From the NCBI GenBank assembly GCA_032718475.1, contig JAUCBJ010006743.1, forward strand, positions 15,705-79,704: a stretch of 64,000 nt of DNA. Direction: 5' to 3'. The stretch is from Nemertoderma westbladi (lineage: Eukaryota > Animalia > Xenacoelomorpha). The stretch's first letter is position 1. Each line of letters opens with the position of its first letter. The notes below the pieces were generated by a model. The model ran no database searches and had not been told where the DNA came from. It saw only the letters and a program-made list of their open reading frames with translations. The translations under genes and the position numbers were made by a program. Shown piece after piece: positions 19,540 through 31,344 of this stretch.

Positions 19540-21700
19540 AGTCGGGTCTATTCACCCCCGCCTCTCCCTCTGCTATTGCGTGGCCTTCCAGGCCCTCTGC
19601 TCCCTGTCTACCAACTACGTGGCCTACCAGGCCCTCTGCTCCCTGTCTACTAACTACGTGGCCCGACGTGTTTACATTAATAGCACCCATATTGGAAACG
19701 GAATTAATTTGCTCATTTGAAACAAAATCATTTGTATTATTCTGCGCGACTACGTTATCTGAATTATTTTGTAAATTCGGGCTAAGATCATTATTTGAAT
19801 TATTCGAATTATTCTGTGTAATTGCGTTATTTAAGTTATTTTGTAGGTCCGAATTCGAGTTATTATTTTGATTATTTGAATTATTTTGCGTAACTACATC
19901 AATATTAGGATTATTTTCTACATTAACACTGGGATTGTTCTGATTTAAATTTAAATTACTACCACCAGGCAAAGTATTTCCTGTAATAAAGGTTTGATTA
20001 GCGTTATCCCATACGGTACTATTAATATCAACAACGTCTACTGTACCATTATTATTACCCCCCCCGCCCGTACGGTCGCACCAGTTTTGGGTCTGTCGTG
20101 CGGTCCCTGTCAGTGGAGTATTAATAAATATATCTATGGCCCTCGGCTCCTCAAAAATACTCGAGCCGGCCCCAGTTTCAGACGGCGGTCCCACTCGCAC
20201 GTATTCCAACTCGTGCGCCCCTCTAATTATATTTCCCGCATACTCACTCTGCCGTTTCTCTAATTCCTTGCGCTCCTTTTCACTCTCTGCCACTATCCCC
20301 TCACGCTCCTGGGTGTCCTTGATGGCCGAGTCTGCGGCACTCTTAATGCTCTCCCTTCGTCTCGCCCCACGCTCTTTGCGTTCCTTTTCCTTTCTCGTCT
20401 CATATTCCTTGCGTTCCGCCTCACGCTCCTTCCGTTCCCTTTCCTCTCTCGCCTCACGCTCCTTGCGTTCCTTTTCCATTCCCGCCTCACGCTCCTTGCG
20501 TTCCGCCTCACGCTCCTTGCGTTCCTTTTCCATTCTCGCCTCACGCTCCTTGCGTTCCGCCTCACGCTCCTTGCGTTCCTTTTCCTCTCTCGCTTCACGC
20601 TCCCTACACTCCCTTTCCTCTATCTCATCATACTCCCTTAGGCTTTTCAAAGCCCTTTCGGCCCTTTCTCCGGTTTCTCTAAGCAATACCGTTTCCCTCT
20701 CTAACCGCACTCTTCCCTCCTCTAGCCGTTCCTTCATTTCTCTCTGACCTTGCTCTGCCATGCTGAGACGGTATGCGGCTCCTATTTTTCTCACCGCTCT
20801 TTCTTTCGCGGAGGATGTAGCAGACTTATCGGTTACGACCGACTTCCCCCGCCTTCCCGACCTACTAACTTTCTCCCACTTCCCGGAGCTTTCTCCGACC
20901 GACGAGGCCGAATCCTCGGTGTTAACCTCGGATTCGCCCTCTTCAGGTCCCTTCCAACCCACTGGTTTCACTCCCCGGGCATCGACCAAGTATGGCCCTA
21001 TGTACACTGGCGCTACGCTAGGTTCCATACTCCCACACTCCCATAGTTCAAACAGTTCGCCGGCTATCCTTTCTGCTCTCTCCCCGGCCAGTTCTCTCTG
21101 CCCAAAACGTATTAGGTAATTTAAGTGTTTATCCGACTCACCTAGTCGCTTTCTCAGTCTCACCTCGTCTACCTTCGCCCCTTCCTTCTTGGCGTCGTTT
21201 ATCAGCTTCCGGGTCGCGTTGTAGGCCCGTCGAAGTCGCTCAGAAACCCCGACGTCCTCGTCGCCGACCTCTCCTCCGTCCCTCCGGGTCCGACGTCGTA
21301 CCGGCGGCTCCACCGTCGCCGTTCCGGTGGGCCGTCCGTCGCCCTCGGTCTGTAGCTGGCCGGCGACATCGGTACCGATCTTTCCTCCGTCTCTTCGTGT
21401 CCGGCGTCGCACCGTCGGCCCCACCGATTCGGTGGGCCGCTCGTTGCCCTCGGCCGGTAGCTGGCCGGCGACATCGGCGCGCCGTCCTCCGTTTCGTGTC
21501 GACTCATCTCCTTCTCCCTCCGTCTCGCTCTCTCTCTCTCTTGGCTCGACTTCGGGTTCCAGGCCCTCCTCGTCCTGGACTTCCGGTTCGCCCGTTATCG
21601 ATGGCTCCGGCGTCGTGGGCCTGTATCGTTTGGTCGCGGCCTCGCGGATCGTTAGGTCTTCGTCCGGGGTCCGCGTCGGTGTCTCGCCCGATTCGCTCAT
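19427..21700 (-). CDS. N-terminal Gag region of BEL #2 (charged coiled-coil repeats plus an Asn/Gln-rich segment), out of frame with the rest by 1 nt
   Basis: 757-aa ORF starting ~115 nt inside the 5' LTR boundary, with EKERKEREAER repeats. It overlaps the gag-pol ORF across a G10 run. Confidence 0.75.
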   Translation of the reverse strand: MSESGETPTRTPDEDLTIREAATKRYRPTTPEPSITGEPEVQDEEGLEPEVEPRERESETEGEGDESTRNGGRRADVAGQLPAEGNERPTESVGPTVRRRTRRDGGKIGTDVAGQLQTEGDGRPTGTATVEPPVRRRTRRDGGEVGDEDVGVSERLRRAYNATRKLINDAKKEGAKVDEVRLRKRLGESDKHLNYLIRFGQRELAGERAERIAGELFELWECGSMEPSVAPVYIGPYLVDARGVKPVGWKGPEEGESEVNTEDSASSVGESSGKWEKVSRSGRRGKSVVTDKSATSSAKERAVRKIGAAYRLSMAEQGQREMKERLEEGRVRLERETVLLRETGERAERALKSLREYDEIEERECREREAREEKERKEREAERKEREARMEKERKEREAERKEREAGMEKERKEREAREERERKEREAERKEYETRKEKERKERGARRRESIKSAADSAIKDTQEREGIVAESEKERKELEKRQSEYAGNIIRGAHELEYVRVGPPSETGAGSSIFEEPRAIDIFINTPLTGTARQTQNWCDRTGGGGNNNGTVDVVDINSTVWDNANQTFITGNTLPGGSNLNLNQNNPSVNVENNPNIDVVTQNNSNNQNNNSNSDLQNNLNNAITQNNSNNSNNDLSPNLQNNSDNVVAQNNTNDFVSNEQINSVSNMGAINVNTSGHVVSRQGAEGLVGHVVGRQGAEGLEGHAIAEGEAGVNRPDCGRVDVSTREIYSSGARGSEVRCSEWGGGYEHPTTES

Positions 21701-21816
21701 CTCGTCTGGTCGGTGGAGTTCGGCTAGCTAGCAGTGTAGTTCTTAGAGTTTAACTGGGGCGGCAGCTCGGATTTAGTTACTGAGTTTAGCTGGGGAAGCA
21801 ACACCGTTTTAGTTAC

Positions 21817-22354
21817 TGTGACGGGATCCAGGAGGGATCCCGATTTATCCGATGTGGTATTTAGTCCACGCGTCCCCGCCGTGTATAAGAGTGAAATAAA
21901 GATAGCTGAGTTCTGAAGTTCGGTGTATAATAAGAGGTTATAAGATATAGATATATTGTGAATGTGTACAAGGCGGGATACGGTAACTAAAGTCCCGTGA
22001 TCCCCTATCTAAACTAATTGGCTGTACCCTACGCTAGCACTGCTGCACTGAGATAACTGAATCACTGATTAATAGGTTATTGGTTATATTGCACGGTGGC
22101 CTTACTGCTACTCAATCGATGCCATTCCCCCCTCTGATTGGTTAATACCCTTGTTGGCGCCCCGTGGAGTATTCCCGTTCACTCCACCTGTTCTCTCTGG
22201 GTTAGGGGTTTGGCCCCTGACCCTCTATTGTGTGCTTCCTTCCCACTCTTATTGGGATTGGCACGAGTTGGTTAATTGCCCAATCTCGCGGCTCCCAATA
22301 TTGCTTATCGGCTAATAACTTTATGGGGTGTTGGCGGGATTGAATAAGCTAACA
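21817..22354 (-). repeat. 5' LTR of BEL #2
   Basis: Near-identical to 8110-8646, with TG...CA ends. Confidence 0.95.
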
Positions 22355-22924
22355 AATAAAGGATCTGCAAAGAAAAGAACCCAATGCTATATAATTTGAC
22401 CTTATTAAAAAATTTGCACTTTTGCACACTTATTTGTACAAGTGCACTTCAGCAGATCGTAATGGTGGCTCTTATTTAACAAACTTATGTTTATCCTCTA
22501 CCGATCTACGATGGTGTATGATCAAGTGTCAGTCACTAAAAGTGTAAAAAATCTAATTTAATAAATCGCGACATTTGCGATTTTGGACCATTTTCATGGG
22601 CATTTTAAGTCACTTTATATACATAAAAAGTTAAACAAATGTTACGATTATAGTTAGAAACCACTCCAAACGACATTTTAATCCAAAAAATAACATTATA
22701 CGATGAATGGAACTGGAAATAATAGTGTTTGAAATATCGAAAAAATGTGTACTTTTTAAGTGCATTATGCACTAAGAGCACATGCGTCTTTTCCCAAGTT
22801 GTATCCTATTTCACACACTACAATCTATCCTCTACCCAATGAAAAAAGTTTCAGATCAAACGGTCCAGTAGAACAGAAGTTATTGATGTTTAAAAATAAT
22901 CACTCGAAAATTTCAAATTCTCTT

Positions 22925-22997
22925 GGTCACGTAGTCTAGTGGTAATCAATCACGTTAACGATACTTAAGTTCGTGGGTTCGAAACCCAATATGACCA
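22925..22997 (+). pseudogene. Degenerate tRNA-like sequence
   Basis: A-box-like TAGTCTAGTGG, B-box GGTTCGAAACC, and an acceptor-like pairing GGTCA/TGACC+A. The anticodon arm is not well formed. Confidence 0.45.
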
Positions 22998-25160
22998 TTC
23001 TTAATTTTTTGCAAAAAAAATATTTTTAATTTTTGACTAAATTTCGGTTCTGGTGCTCCAAATTCAATAAAATTGGTATATTCTTTGCCGTAATTTTTTT
23101 TTCTATCTTTTGAGAGGGGGTATTTTTGGCCCCAAAAAAAATGAAAAAAAAGGGCCAAAATTACGCGATATTTTTCGACCCTTAAAACTCGTTTTTTTAA
23201 TTATTTTATATTTTACATTTTACAGGAACTTTTGGCGCAAAAAGTTAAATTATAATGTAATGGCGATTTATTAAAAAAAAATTTTTTCGTCCCTTTTTTA
23301 TAAGTAGTATATTTCACACGATCGTCTGCCGCTTCAGTTATATAATAGCTATGGCACTGTAACTACCGTTGAAAGATAGATAATTTGACGCTCTATGAGA
23401 CTGTTTAAATAAGTCTCCCAGACCTTATGTATTTTTCGAGCTAGACGAGTTCCCGCGAAGCGAGTTTGAAGCGTGAAATTATAATTTGGGCCCTAATTTT
23501 TTTAATATCGTTTGCGCGGCAAAACCAATCGAATATTTGGATTCCCCGTATCGTTATTAACCGTATAAAATGTACTTTAACCTTCAAGAGTCAAAAATAA
23601 AAAAGTTGTTAGTTATAAACTTTTTATTATTTTATGGCCCTTTTTGGACCCCTTTGCCTACATATTTTTTGTACCCCCATTCGATAGGAATGTAGCCCCT
23701 GTGGTCTTCTACGCTTTCCGAAAAAGAATTGGCAGATTCCTACTAGCGTTGTCGAATTAAAAATTTTGGAAATAATAATTATGTAAAAAAGATGGAAAAA
23801 ACGGACAAAGTTACGGCCCCTTTTTCCACCCGAAATATTAATAAATATCTTACCCCCATTCGATACGAAGGTAGTACCACTCTTCCCCTTTCCAACCGCG
23901 TTAATTTCGTCCCCGTACGATTAATATTAGCCGAGTCAGAGCGGATCCCGCAAAGCCATTTTGTCCGTTTTTTCAACTTTGACGGACAATTTCGGGAAAA
24001 AGGCGTGGTAATCTTTTTTGAAAAAAAAAAACGAATTCACTAATTAATCCCTTCTATCGTATCCCGGCGTCGGTTAAGCAATAACCTAGGGTTTTTCGAG
24101 CCACTGTAGAGCGCCTTTCAAAAATTTTTTAAAATTGTCAAAAAAATGACGGTTTTTTGTCCGCCGTGTCCGTCGAGGGGATAGATTTGCTAATGTTAGA
24201 GTGGCTAATATCTTAGAATTCCGAGTCGCTCCCCTGGTGCGAAAATAAAAAAAATTTGTTTGTTCCTTCATCGAAAAGTCCCCCAGAATCCCAAGTTAAC
24301 CTATATAGTTAGCGATGGCCTGCGGCTTTAGGAGCGGCCGCGGTATTCACCTCCCTCATAGCGGCCGCGGCGGTGTTGCGTCAAATGGAGAAATATTTAT
24401 CCCACCTAGAATAAATTAAACATCACAGGACATTACTTTCGCCGTGAGGAGTAGCCCTTGCATGATCTTGTGCTTTAGCTCCTCACTTAGACAATAAGCA
24501 TGGTGCACATGCACAGCCCATAACATTCTTGAGACGCCTCGTAAAGGACACTGGCCTTGAAAATAATCTCGCGAGAAGTCATGGGTGATATGGAATTGTT
24601 CAGTGTTTAAATCTCCGAAACCCTTTTATTTTTATAAAATTTATTACTTAGACTTACCTTTTCGGCGGACAAAATGTCTTATATTTTTCGTAATTTATGG
24701 GATAGCCTATTTCGTGCAATACTTACCGGAACCTGTAGTTACTGTATGGTTTGGTGTAGTTTTTCCTGTGGTAGTTGGGTTGGGATATGTAGCACTAAAA
24801 TCGATTTGGTATTTTGTTTTTTGATGGGACTTAGTGCCTGAGTACTAACAGTGGCCCAAGTGGCCCTAAATGCTAGGTAGTATCTGAGGGAATAAGACCA
24901 CATGTCCTATTTTATTGTTTTCATATGGAATTGTGGCGGCGCAATTTTGTCGATAAACCGCTAAATAGCATTATTAATGCGACTGCAGTGTAGTGAGCCG
25001 ATAGGTAGATGAATAAACTTTTCACGCTTGACATCAACCATATTTGAAATCAGCCTAGAAGATTTGCAACCCTCGTTTTTGGAATTTATTCGATTATTCT
25101 CGTGACTTGGAACTGTTATTATAAATAAATAATTTGCACCCAAATATAATTAATTAGTTA

Positions 25161-25650
25161 TATATATGGGTCAAAATGTGGCCAAACTTAAGATGGGATT
25201 TTCGTCATTTTTCTTTCAAAACCGATAAACATATATAACATCCGAAAGATATTTTTAAGGAGAATTTGATGAGCACGGTGGTCAGCTATTAAAATTCACT
25301 TCACTAATTCTATTTGGGTTTTAAGTTAAGGAGGGGGGGAATTTTACGCTCTTTCAAATGGTATATAGATATCAACATTATTTGGTTCATTAACATTATA
25401 AAATTCAAATGCTTTTAACTTATGTATTGAGTGTCTAAACTGGAGAATCTGTGTTTTTTCAAATTCGCGCAGATATTCTGAAAAATGAATACAAGGTAGC
25501 GTTGCAAAAAAATGGTGTTCAATAACCCGAAAAATTCCCGTCATTTTAAAATATAAATTATTGGAAATGATCGAGGAAGTCAAAAGTTACGGCGTGTCTA
25601 ATGTTTTTGTTTAGTTTTGGCCACTTTTAGTCATTTTGACCCACATATAT
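25161..25650. mobile_element. MITE-like non-autonomous DNA element
   Basis: Terminal inverted repeat ATATGGGTCAAAATG / CATTTTGACCCACATAT, a subterminal TGGCCAAA/TTTGGCCA pair, and TA-rich flanks. Confidence 0.65.
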
Positions 25651-25778
25651 TATAGTAGGGCCTAATTATAATCAATAAGTACGGTAGCGGTATAGGATTG
25701 AACAACATAACAATAAATATGTAACACCATAGCCAGACAGACAGGTAAATAAATCAGTTATATGGACGCGTTAGTTTA

Positions 25779-26711
25779 TTAGCCTACCCGGATGTTGGGG
25801 TTGGCTCTGGGATCCAGGAAGGGGTCGTCATTGGCTACCGCCCGACCATAGCTGCTCATTATGTAAACCAAAGTAAGGAACCCGACCAACACGAGGATCA
25901 GCGTCATAACGAACCGCTGCCTGTGACGGGCCGAGCTGGCCCGGTATATTCCACGGTTCACGCGCGACTTCAGCCACCGCGAGAGGAACACCAACGGCCC
26001 CTTACGCTTGTATTTACTCTCTCCGTCTTCCTCACCGTCGCCCACATCCACGAGACTCGCCGTGTCCGCGAACGAGTCATGCGACTTCCGTTGCAACCCG
26101 AGGTGTGACGTCACTTCCGGTTTACTAGAAGGATTCCCGAAGCCGTCCGGTGGAATGTTGATAGAGGTATTTCCCGATTTCAACGTGGGGTTTATCACCG
26201 CGATGTTTCGGTTGGGTTGGGTGGCGGCGTTGGGCGCCAGGGGTTGCTCGGAGTAGGGAGTGCTGAAGGCCCCACCGACCGGGGCCGTTGGGGGCGCCTC
26301 GATGAGGGGCAGACCCAGCCCGGGGCGCGCCCAATTAGCCGTAATCAGTTTCTCTTTTAGGGCGTCGGCCACAGGAGAAACGAGATTCGCCGGGGGAAAC
26401 AACTTTACTTGGCACAAGCGGCACGTGTAACCGGCTGGTGCGGTAGTACCGGGGAGACTCGCGAAATAGCGCTCAGCGCAGTCCCAATGGTAGACGTGGT
26501 AGCAGACGAGACGGACAGTCTCACCCTCGGACAGGGTCCCGTTGCAGACCCCGCAGCTTGAGTTGTAGTCGCTGTCCTGGAGCCACTGTAAGTAGGACTG
26601 GATGACGCACCGGGGATGGTTGGCCACCAAGCAATGTTCACACACGTTGACTCGATGTTCGAAGCAGAATAGATTGGTTACCTTGCGTTTCGGACACTTG
26701 CAGAGACCCAT
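25779..26711 (-). CDS. ZFPL1: Zinc finger protein-like 1 (cis-Golgi membrane protein), intronless
   Basis: Hallmark N-terminus MGLCKCPKRKVTNLFCFEHRVNVCEHC...QSYLQWLQDSDY, RING-like region, TAPAGY, WARPGLGLPLI, KYKR, C-terminal TM helix, DPFLDPRANPNIRVG. ATG at 26711. Confidence 0.96.
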   Translation of the reverse strand: MGLCKCPKRKVTNLFCFEHRVNVCEHCLVANHPRCVIQSYLQWLQDSDYNSSCGVCNGTLSEGETVRLVCYHVYHWDCAERYFASLPGTTAPAGYTCRLCQVKLFPPANLVSPVADALKEKLITANWARPGLGLPLIEAPPTAPVGGAFSTPYSEQPLAPNAATQPNRNIAVINPTLKSGNTSINIPPDGFGNPSSKPEVTSHLGLQRKSHDSFADTASLVDVGDGEEDGESKYKRKGPLVFLSRWLKSRVNRGIYRASSARHRQRFVMTLILVLVGFLTLVYIMSSYGRAVANDDPFLDPRANPNIRVG

Positions 26712-28170
26712 TATAACGTTGTACAAGGTTGCGAGTTGAAGAAATTAACTAACACACTAATTGACTAAATGCCCAATACAGTCTGACAGTAGCCTACTGC
26801 AGTAGAGTCTACTAGTTTGGCTCCGATATAATATGCCTAATGCAAAAAAGTATACCGGTCCGGTACCCTACAAAATTGTATGATCCAAATAATTTTGAGT
26901 TGAACTAAATAAAGCTTTAAATGGAGTGGAACTAGTACCGGTACCAGAACAGGCTGACAGGTGTGTGCCGTGTGGCAACATCTTTGCACCCATTGTAGCA
27001 TTGACTCTTATTGCTGTATCGCTATTCGCGATTACCCCATACCCTTTTGGTTTGGAACTCTCTTCCCTCTAATGTCAGAATGTGGTTGGCGTCGATTCCT
27101 CATCCACATTTCACAATAAACTCGACCTGTCCTCCCATTGCCAGGGTTCATGGAAATTAACAATGAATAACGTCCACGTATTTTAGTTAATTTATTTCTA
27201 TAATATCTATTTCTTTTATAAATAAAAAAAAATTTTCTTATTGTGATAAATGATTTATTTTTACTGTAATAATATAATTTATTTTTACTGTAATAATATA
27301 ATACACTTCTTTGATCCATATTTTAATTAATGTTTCGATCTACAGTACTAAATATGAATAATACTACTATTAATTGTCTGATTTATGTACCATACTGAAT
27401 TTTACTCTATAATTTGTTACATATTTTGATAAAAATTATTGCGTATTTTTATTGCATATTTTTTTTTATTTAAATAAATGTTCTGATTAAATTAACTAAT
27501 TTAATTTTTAACAATTTTATTTACTTATTATGCCTACACCAATGTTTCAATGAATGTAATATCTATAAATTCATGTGGATTGCGTAAATATGTAGTTTTA
27601 TTGTGTTCTGCATTTCATTTTATTTTGTTTATTAATTAATACATTACTTGGGTTCTATCACATTTGAGGCACAGTGACAAAACACCTTTCCCCAGTGGCC
27701 ATTTTTGGACCAATTTGTCTCAAATTTCACACAGACACTCTTTAACCTACTGACCTATATGTAACTTCATAGAAAAAAATTTTAATTAGGTGATTTTCCG
27801 CTTCGAGCAGCACGATAGAAAATCATTAGTTTATGGCATTTTTTTCAAAAAATCAATTTTTGCCTGTTTTCAAATGTGCACCATTTCCTCAATTTTCCTT
27901 CAATTTGCCGGAAAATCTACAGACAGACACTCCAGGTCGTGTATTTAATGTGATGTAAAATTTACGGCTGCAGAGGACGATGTGCCCTTCGCGCAGCACG
28001 TGAAAAAAACTGTATTTTCTAGAAAAATACTTCTTAATTTGACCACTGTCAGTACTACTGCGACTGCCCTGCTAGTACCCTGGTACCAGGCAACCGCACT
28101 ACTGCACTACCGGACCGGTACCTACTGCGCTGTAAGTAGGAAAGTAGCACTACATATTGCTGTATTGTCA

Positions 28171-30295
28171 GGTACGTACTAAAAGGTAGAACGATCTATA
28201 ACGGGCTATAACGATCTATAACGGGCTATAACTTCCTTATAACAAGCTATAACCACCTATAACGAGCTATAATCTGAAAATTTACAATAAAAAAACATAT
28301 TTTAGAATGGATTTATTTTCCTAGTCAGTAATTTAATTACGCAATTTTGTTTTTTAGTTCATAATGCTTTTCATCTTTGTGGTATCACGAAATCAGTCAT
28401 TACTGCATTAGTCAGCATGCCACTACTGCATTATCTGACTAGACTACAGGACTATCAGACAGTGCAGAAGTGGAGAGGTCTCCCATCTCTCTGTCTAGTG
28501 TCTATTCTCCATCCTGCCTGCCTGCTATTCGCTGTCAGCTTCTGGTCGATATAGAATACAGGAATAGTGAGCAATATTTTTTAGGCCAATAAAAAAAACT
28601 TACCAGTATCAATTAGACATAGGCAGATAGGCCTACCCTAATTTTTAACGGCAGTGATTTTTTATGTCCTTTTATTTGACTATTTTTGTCCTCCTTTTTT
28701 TACGAATTATGCATAATGACTTTTGTTGTCCTTTTAATGACTTTTATTGTCCTTTTAATGACTTTTTATGTATGTATTTCTTCAAACTGTCAGACAGCTG
28801 ATTTCTGGACTGTCAGACAGTTGATTTCAACATGCCTATGCCAAAACATTCAAAATTTGTTGATTTCTGGTCTGTCGGACAGTTGGTTTCACTATGCCTG
28901 TGCCAAAACATTCCATGATTCCATGATTTATAGACTATGATATAGAATTCCATATGCGCATGTGGTAAAAGACTCTAAATTTAATAGTTTGTGGTTGTTG
29001 TCGATAATCGATTACCACATGACGTAGCAAATCACTCATTTTATAGCCAAAAACAATTACCAATTGATGGAAAGGAGCAGGTTAAGGCCGGATTTTCTAA
29101 CCAAAACAATAAACAGTCACTTTACCAAATCAGGGAAAGGAGCAGGTCACAGTGGCGGGATTTTCTAACCAAAACAATAAACGATCATTTAACTAATTGA
29201 GGGAAAGGAGCAGGTTACAGAGACGGGATTTTCTAACCAAAACAATAAACGATAACATTACCAATTGAGAGAAAGGAGCAGGTTACAGATGCGGGATTTT
29301 CTAACCAAAACAATAAACAGTCACTTTACCAAATCAGGGAAAGGAGCAGGTTAAAGAGACGGGATTTTCTAACCAAAACAATAAACGATAACATTACCAA
29401 TTGAGAGAAAGGAGCAGGTTACAGAGGCGGGATTTCCTAACCAAAACAATAAACGATCACTCAATTAATTGAGGGAAAGGGGCAGGTTACAGAGGCGGGA
29501 TTTTCTAACCAAAACAATAAACAGTCACTTTACAAAATGAAGGAAAGGAGCAGGTTACAGAGGCGGGCCTTTCTAACCAAAACAATAAACGGTCACTTTA
29601 CCAAATCAGGGAAAGGTGCAGGTTACAGAGACGGGACTTTCTAACCAAAACAATAAACGATAATTTAACTAATTGAGGGAAAAGGGACAGGTTACAGAGG
29701 CGGGATTTTCTAACCAAAACAATAAAGAGTCATTTTACTTTAATTAAAAGGAGCAGGTTACAGATTTTCTAACCACGCGGGATTTTCTAACCAAAACAAC
29801 CGGTCAGCCGGTTGGCCTACCAGTACCGTGTTTAAATGGTAGGCTACACAGTAGGCCTACAGCAGTACCGGTGCCGGTACCGGTACTAAAATACAGAAAT
29901 GCGTACTTTATACCTACATCTGTACATACAATACAGCAAAATAGTGCTATATATACTAATACCGGTACTGATAGCCTGATAGAACAGCAGTAGAGAAACC
30001 GGTAGCATGGAACCTAACATTAGATTTTTGGAAGACATAAAAAATAAAAAAAAGGACAAAAAAAGGATTTAAACGGACAAAAAAATTATTGCGATTTTTA
30101 ACCTGCGGTATTTTTCAGACCACCGTGTTACTCCAAAAGTTAAACACACCCAAGGGGCGTTTTTTTTAATATAAATTTTCATATTATAGCTCGTTATAGG
30201 TGGTTATAGCTTGTTTATAGGAAGTTATAGCCCGTTATAGATCGTTATAGGTCGTTATAGCCCGTTATAGATCGTTCTACCTTTTAGTACGTACC
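28171..30295. mobile_element. Non-autonomous Mutator-like (MULE)/foldback element with ~115-bp TIRs
   Basis: GGTACGTACTAAAAGGTAGAACGATCTATAAC... is inverted at ...TTCTACCTTTTAGTACGTACC. The 9-bp TSD GTATTGTCA occurs at 28162-28170 and 30296-30304. The TIRs contain ~10-bp CTATAAC subrepeats. Confidence 0.9.
29030..29800. repeat. ~68-bp minisatellite (~11 copies) inside the MULE-like element
   Basis: Repeating GGAAAGGAGCAGGTTACAGAGGCGGGATTTTCTAACCAAAACAATAAAC core. Confidence 0.9.
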
Positions 30296-30767
30296 GTATT
30301 GTCACTAATTTCACTAACTTTAATTGACTGAAACTCAATTAAGCTGTGTCCGATTGTTTTGGGTTTTGCAGGAATTGGCAGCTAAAATGCCATCGAGTGT
30401 AAAATTCAATACACGGCGGCAGAACATCTGAATTTCGGTATTAAATTAAATTATTGACAACGACAAGGAGTTCTGTCTCGCACGTTTTTTTTTTCGATTA
30501 CACTATTTTATCTATATAACTAGTTTCCGGTACAATTTTTACAAACTTTTACGAATCTTTAGTACAAATTATGTTATAATAATACTAATAATGAAACATC
30601 TACAGTAAATATAATGCTTTTTAATCGAAAAACACCATATAACCTTTTCATCAGGTTCTACAGGTAAAAAATGCGATATGCTGTGGATCTTACAACCAAA
30701 CCATCTGCATTAGATCAGATTAAATTTTTAAAATTACAAAGAATTTAATTTACAACAAAATGCCACT

Positions 30768-30826
30768 GTGGTCTGGTCTCGAACCCACAAATAATAACCC
30801 AGCACCTGTCGGTCGACTGAGCTAAA
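30768..30826 (-). pseudogene. tRNA-derived (SINE-head-like) fragment
   Basis: Minus strand TAGCTCAGTCG ... GGTTCGAGACC resembles Pol III A and B boxes. Confidence 0.35.
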
Positions 30827-31344
30827 ATTGTGCACTTTCTATCTCTAATTTAGTGATAGAAAGTAGTCGAAAGATGTACTTACTCACTCTGTTTTCTACA
30901 AATTTTAGTGAGGATTTTTCACATAAAAATTTGTCACATTAAGGACTCTCTGAGAAAAAATGGCTCGTATATTCGGCTGGCCCGAAGGCGCCTTATATGC
31001 CTTTAGGTTAATCCGGCACTGATATAGATGTATTTATTTTTATTATAATAATTTGCATAATTTAAATTATGGACAGACGGGTCGCAACTCGCGATGTCGG
31101 TGCGGTGGAGTGAGGGCGGATCTCTTGGCGAGGGGAGCTGGGCCAAACAGAGGGTGGAATCTATCGATATAGCGATTGTAAACGACCCCTTATGTAGTCC
31201 GGGAGATATTGCATTACCTTACATAGAGATATTTACAGATTTACAGATTTACTGATTCGGGTAGGCCAATTATTGTTGTCATCACTAATCCTACTGATGG
31301 TCTACACCGGATCTTGACTATAAGCAAAAGCAAAAAATATTTTA

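Larger units (their letters stand above)
8110..22354 (-). mobile_element. BEL/Pao LTR retrotransposon #2 (~14.2 kb) with gag-pol and an additional exonuclease/zinc-knuckle ORF
   Basis: Two ~537-bp LTRs (TG...CA), a PPT next to the 3' LTR, and BEL-type gag-PR-RT-RH-IN. No TSD or canonical PBS seen. Confidence 0.92.

Noticed and set aside
13337-21753. Plus-strand ORFs antisense to gag-pol
   Set aside because: Shadow ORFs with no recognisable motifs.
22385-24310. DNA transposon bounded by CTATATA.. inverted ends
   Set aside because: The inverted match is short and imperfect, with no clear TSD and no transposase.
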